Assembly: GCA_964566925.1 (NCBI GenBank) | Contig: CAZMIZ010000006.1 | Location: 1 to 56,914, forward strand | Length of the DNA: 56,914 nt | Origin: an uncultured Gammaproteobacteria bacterium | GTDB lineage: Bacteria > Patescibacteriota > Microgenomatia > PFEM01 > DATLAM01 | Reading direction: 5' to 3' | Shown here: piece by piece, positions 53,891-56,914 of the stretch | Layout: every line of letters begins with the position of its first letter | How positions within the stretch are numbered: position 1 is the stretch's first letter | Made by a program: the position numbers and the translations under genes | Notes under the pieces: model-generated | The model's database searches: none | What the model was told of the DNA's origin: nothing | The model's input: the letters and a program-made list of their open reading frames with translations, nothing else

Positions 53891-54316
53891 ATGCCAAAAA
53901 AAGTCAAAACGACCATTAAACTTAATCTCCCGGGCGGCGAAGCAACGCCAGCTCCCCCAGTGGGTCCCGCCCTAGGCCAGCACGGACTAAACATTATGGA
54001 ATTTGTCAAGGCTTACAATGAAAAAACAGCTGATAAAAAAGGTGAGGTTATTCCGGTGGTAATTACCGTTTATGAAGACCAAACGTTTATTTTTGAAACT
54101 AAACTTCCGCCGGTAACCGCCATGATTAAAAAAGAATTAAGCTTAGAAAAAGGTTCAAGCACGGCTGGCAGAGAAGAAGCTGGTTTGCTAACTAAAACCC
54201 AGGCAGAAAAGATTGCTCAAGCAAAAATGGGAGACCTAAATACCGAAGACTTAGACGCCGCCAAAAAAATGGTGGAAGGTACCGCCAGAAGCATGGGGAT
54301 AAAAGTAGAGGAGTAA
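53891..54316 (+). CDS. rplK: 50S ribosomal protein L11
   Basis: ATPAPPVGPALGQHG, GTARSMGI. Confidence 0.98.
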   Translation: MPKKVKTTIKLNLPGGEATPAPPVGPALGQHGLNIMEFVKAYNEKTADKKGEVIPVVITVYEDQTFIFETKLPPVTAMIKKELSLEKGSSTAGREEAGLLTKTQAEKIAQAKMGDLNTEDLDAAKKMVEGTARSMGIKVEE

Positions 54317-54318
54317 AG

Positions 54319-55128
54319 ATGGGGAAGAAAAGAATTACCGACATGGCCGGAGGAAAAGAGGCCGAAAAAAAACGAAAGCTAGTCAAAACCGGCAAAGAGC
54401 ATGGTCGGATCACAGACATGGGCGCCGAGGCTTTGGCTGAGGCAGAAAAGATTAAAGAAAAGGAAACAGAGTTAGAAAAACTGGCTACCGCCGAAAAGCC
54501 GAAGAAGTCAAAAAAACAAAAGAAAGCCAAACCAACCAAAAAGAGGGGTAAACGCTATTTAGCTGCCCGAGATCAAATTGATCGGACTAAACTCTATTCT
54601 CTATCAGAAGCCATCAAACTATTAAAAAAAACATCAATATCTCACTTTAATGGTGCGGTGGAAGTTCATCTTAATGTTAAGGAAAAGGGCCTCAAAGGCG
54701 AAATCAAGTTCCCCCACCCGACCGGGAAAACCCAAAGAATAAAGGTGGCTGACGATAAATTAGTAAGCCAACTGGAAAAAGGGAAGATTGACTTTGATCT
54801 TTTAGTTGCTTCACCAGCAATGATGACCAAACTGGTTAAATTCGCCAAACTCTTAGGCCCTAAAGGACTAATGCCCAACCCTAAAACGGGCACCATTAGC
54901 GAAAAACCAGCAGAGTTAGCTAAAGAGTTGGTTGGCAAAACCCAGTTCCGGACTGAAACTAAAGCCCCTTTGATCCATCTCGTTATTGGCCGAATTGAGG
55001 CTAAAGAAAGCGAATTAGTTGAAAATTTTAAAACTCTGATCAACACCATTGGCCCCAGCAATATCCAAAAGGCAGTTTTAACCACCACTATGGGGCCAGG
55101 CATCAAGGTTGACATCAGTTCGCTTTAA
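54319..55128 (+). CDS. rplA: 50S ribosomal protein L1 with long N-terminal extension and shortened domain II
   Basis: PHPTGK, LGPKGLMPNPKTGT, LTTTMGPG. Confidence 0.95.
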   Translation: MGKKRITDMAGGKEAEKKRKLVKTGKEHGRITDMGAEALAEAEKIKEKETELEKLATAEKPKKSKKQKKAKPTKKRGKRYLAARDQIDRTKLYSLSEAIKLLKKTSISHFNGAVEVHLNVKEKGLKGEIKFPHPTGKTQRIKVADDKLVSQLEKGKIDFDLLVASPAMMTKLVKFAKLLGPKGLMPNPKTGTISEKPAELAKELVGKTQFRTETKAPLIHLVIGRIEAKESELVENFKTLINTIGPSNIQKAVLTTTMGPGIKVDISSL

Positions 55129-55150
55129 AAAGATAATTAAATCAAGCAAA

Positions 55151-55672
55151 ATGGATGAACTTGGTGAATTAAGAAAATCCCCTCTTCCAGTGAAAGAAGC
55201 TGAAAGGTATTTTGTCGGTGCCGTTGCTGCTCCTCACTTAAAAAGCGCCATTTTAGAAACCCTTCTTCGTGGTGGTAAAATCCGAATTTCAATTTCTAAA
55301 GAAGATATAAAAGAAGGTTATTATCGGGACCAAGAGAGACGCAATGACTGCTTTCGAGCCTATCTGGTTGCTTTAGGCCCGAGCCGGCGAAGCTTTTTAG
55401 GTAGGCGCAAAACAGAAGAGCAGCTTGAAAAAGAAAATCAAAAGAAAAGAGATCGGCTTGAGGAAGAAAGTCGGAAAAAAATTGGGCCGGAAATAATTGA
55501 GCCCCTTCACGAGTTGGCTACTCTCCGCAACCAAAACCTGGGATCTCTTTTGCTTGAAGCTGGAGAAGGGGAAGATGAAAAACTTACCGAGATCGTGAGA
55601 AAGAAGCTTTCTGATTTCGGTCTTGAAGTTAACAAGCTTATCAATGAAGTTCGTCTAAGCACGAAACGATAG
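55151..55672 (+). CDS. Hypothetical protein between rplA and rplJ (start moved to ATG 55151)
   Basis: Avoids overlap with rplA; charged helical sequence. Confidence 0.55.
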   Translation: MDELGELRKSPLPVKEAERYFVGAVAAPHLKSAILETLLRGGKIRISISKEDIKEGYYRDQERRNDCFRAYLVALGPSRRSFLGRRKTEEQLEKENQKKRDRLEEESRKKIGPEIIEPLHELATLRNQNLGSLLLEAGEGEDEKLTEIVRKKLSDFGLEVNKLINEVRLSTKR

Positions 55673-55692
55673 AATTCCAATCATCCTTCAGC

Positions 55693-55722
55693 TTGACAGA
55701 AGCAAGCTTTTTGTGATATAAA
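55693..55722 (+). promoter_or_regulatory. sigma70 promoter of rplJL
   Basis: TTGACA-18 nt-TATAAA with TG extension. Confidence 0.65.
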
Positions 55723-55728
55723 TTGGGT

Positions 55729-55824
55729 TGCCAAAGACAGTAGGCATCCGCCAACTGGCGGAAGAAGACCTACCGAGGTAAAACTAATTACTTTATTTAC
55801 CTCGGTAGATGCCGAGGATTTTTT
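55729..55824 (+). promoter_or_regulatory. L10 leader with antiterminator/terminator
   Basis: AAGACAGTAGG...AGACCTACCGAGG motif; 13-bp hairpin 55770-82/55796-808; CCTCGG/CCGAGG + T6. Confidence 0.85.
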
Positions 55825-56337
55825 ATGGTTCAGCAACGAAAAATTTTTACGGTTCAGAACCTAACCCAAAAGCTTAAGGATACTCAGGCTTTGGTTTTGG
55901 CGGACTATCGGGGTTTGACTGTTGAACAAATGGGAGAATTGCGGGCTAAAATTAAAAAGGCAGGGGGCGAGCTGGAAGTCATCAAAAACCGGCTTTTGGG
56001 CCGGGCAGCCAAAGAAGCCAAGGTTGAAATTGATGATGAAGCTCTAACTGGTCCCACCGCGGCTCTTTGGGCTTGGGAAGATAAAATCGAGCCCATCAAA
56101 GCCCTTTATCAGTTTGCTCAAGAATCAGGTCTTCCTAAAATTAAATTCGGGATTTTTGATGAAGAAACAGTCTCTTTAGAGCGAATCAAGCAATTAGCTA
56201 CTCTACCCAGTAGCGAGGAACTGAAGGCTAAACTGGTCGGTACTCTTAAATCCCCCACTTTTAGGCTGACTTCTTCGTTGAATTCAAATTTAACCAAACT
56301 AATCTTAGTTTTAAAAGCGAAAGGTGGTGAAAATTAA
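55825..56337 (+). CDS. rplJ: 50S ribosomal protein L10
   Basis: [28 protein letters not shown]. Confidence 0.97.
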   Translation: MVQQRKIFTVQNLTQKLKDTQALVLADYRGLTVEQMGELRAKIKKAGGELEVIKNRLLGRAAKEAKVEIDDEALTGPTAALWAWEDKIEPIKALYQFAQESGLPKIKFGIFDEETVSLERIKQLATLPSSEELKAKLVGTLKSPTFRLTSSLNSNLTKLILVLKAKGGEN

Positions 56338-56339
56338 AT

Positions 56340-56914
56340 ATGGCGGATAAACCCGATAAACCAACCGAAGATCAAAAAACAGAAAAACCAAAGGAAAAAC
56401 CGGTTGAGGCAAAACCAAAAACGCCTCCAACTGAACCTGCTGTTAATAAACCTGAAAAGAAAAAAGCTGAGGAAAAACCAGCTGCTCCAGCACCTGAAAA
56501 GCCGGAAAAAGCAAAAAAACCAGAAAAGCCGGTCAAAGTTTCTGGTAAATTAGCGAAAATTATTGAAGAAATCGAAACTCTTTCTGTCTTAGAGTTGGCC
56601 GATCTAGTCAAGGCTTTAGAAGACAAATTTGGTGTGGCTGCCGTTGCCCCAATGGCTACCTCAGCCGCTCCTGCTGGCACCCCAGCCGGAGAGGAAAAAG
56701 GCGCCCCGGAACAAACAACGTTCAATGTCGTCTTAACCGCGGCCGGAGCCAATAAGATCAACGTTATTAAAACCGTCCGTGAGGTCAACCAGAATCTTGG
56801 TCTTAAAGAAGCTAAGGATCTCGTCGAAGCGGCCCCCAAAGAGGTTTTGAGTGGGGTCAAAAAAGAAGAAGCTGAAGGAGCTAAGAAAAAACTGGAAGAA
56901 GCCGGCGCTAGCGT
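56340..56914 (+). CDS. rplL: 50S ribosomal protein L7/L12 with ~65-aa Lys/Pro/Glu N-terminal extension; runs off the window
   Basis: Manual translation: [13 protein letters not shown]...[34 protein letters not shown]...[11 protein letters not shown]...LEEAGAS. Confidence 0.95.
   Translation, partial: MADKPDKPTEDQKTEKPKEKPVEAKPKTPPTEPAVNKPEKKKAEEKPAAPAPEKPEKAKKPEKPVKVSGKLAKIIEEIETLSVLELADLVKALEDKFGVAAVAPMATSAAPAGTPAGEEKGAPEQTTFNVVLTAAGANKINVIKTVREVNQNLGLKEAKDLVEAAPKEVLSGVKKEEAEGAKKKLEEAGAS

Noticed and set aside
56372-56860. 162-aa minus-strand ORF and the other short antisense ORFs in the track (e.g. 1238-1531, 4590-4974, 48557-49054, 54666-55115)
   Set aside because: They are shadows of well-supported genes on the opposite strand or frame, with no motifs.
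1-56914. Alternative genetic code (TGA=Gly, as in Gracilibacteria/Absconditabacteria)
   Set aside because: Conserved genes (rpsB, tsf, topA, mreB, def) end correctly at TGA and have full-length cores without internal TGA.

Overview
This is a 57-kb chromosomal window of a Patescibacteria (CPR) bacterium, probably Microgenomates. That call is an inference from the short EF-Ts, extended ribosomal proteins, Microgenomates-style surface proteins and many orphan genes; the genetic code is standard (TGA = stop). The housekeeping backbone comprises rpsB-tsf-frr, dprA-topA, mreB/mreCD-mrdA, def-fmt, rpmB, rpmG-trnW and secE-nusG-rplKA-rplJL, plus a 6S RNA and four intact tRNAs. The most unusual elements are: (1) a tRNA-Thr-like gene split in its anticodon loop by a 111-nt insert that contains a complete tRNA-Thr(UGU); (2) a Hint/intein-like domain split between two adjacent genes, each with its own signal peptide, in an island inserted between mreB and mreC; (3) a 10.5-kb deoxynucleotide operon joining class III RNR, an MtrA-like corrinoid protein fused to DUF4346, an archaeal-type ThyA, several kinases with altered active-site motifs and formiminotransferase/cyclodeaminase; (4) two four-helix-bundle (23S rRNA IVS-protein/Avd-like) genes, each bracketed by mutually inverted micro-repeat arrays, plus an ORF-less version of the same architecture; (5) rpmG followed by a group I intron-like fragment and a synonymously recoded duplicate of its own 3' end. 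No CRISPR array, transposase, integrase or reverse transcriptase was seen. All family calls are by-eye motif recognition; no searches were run.
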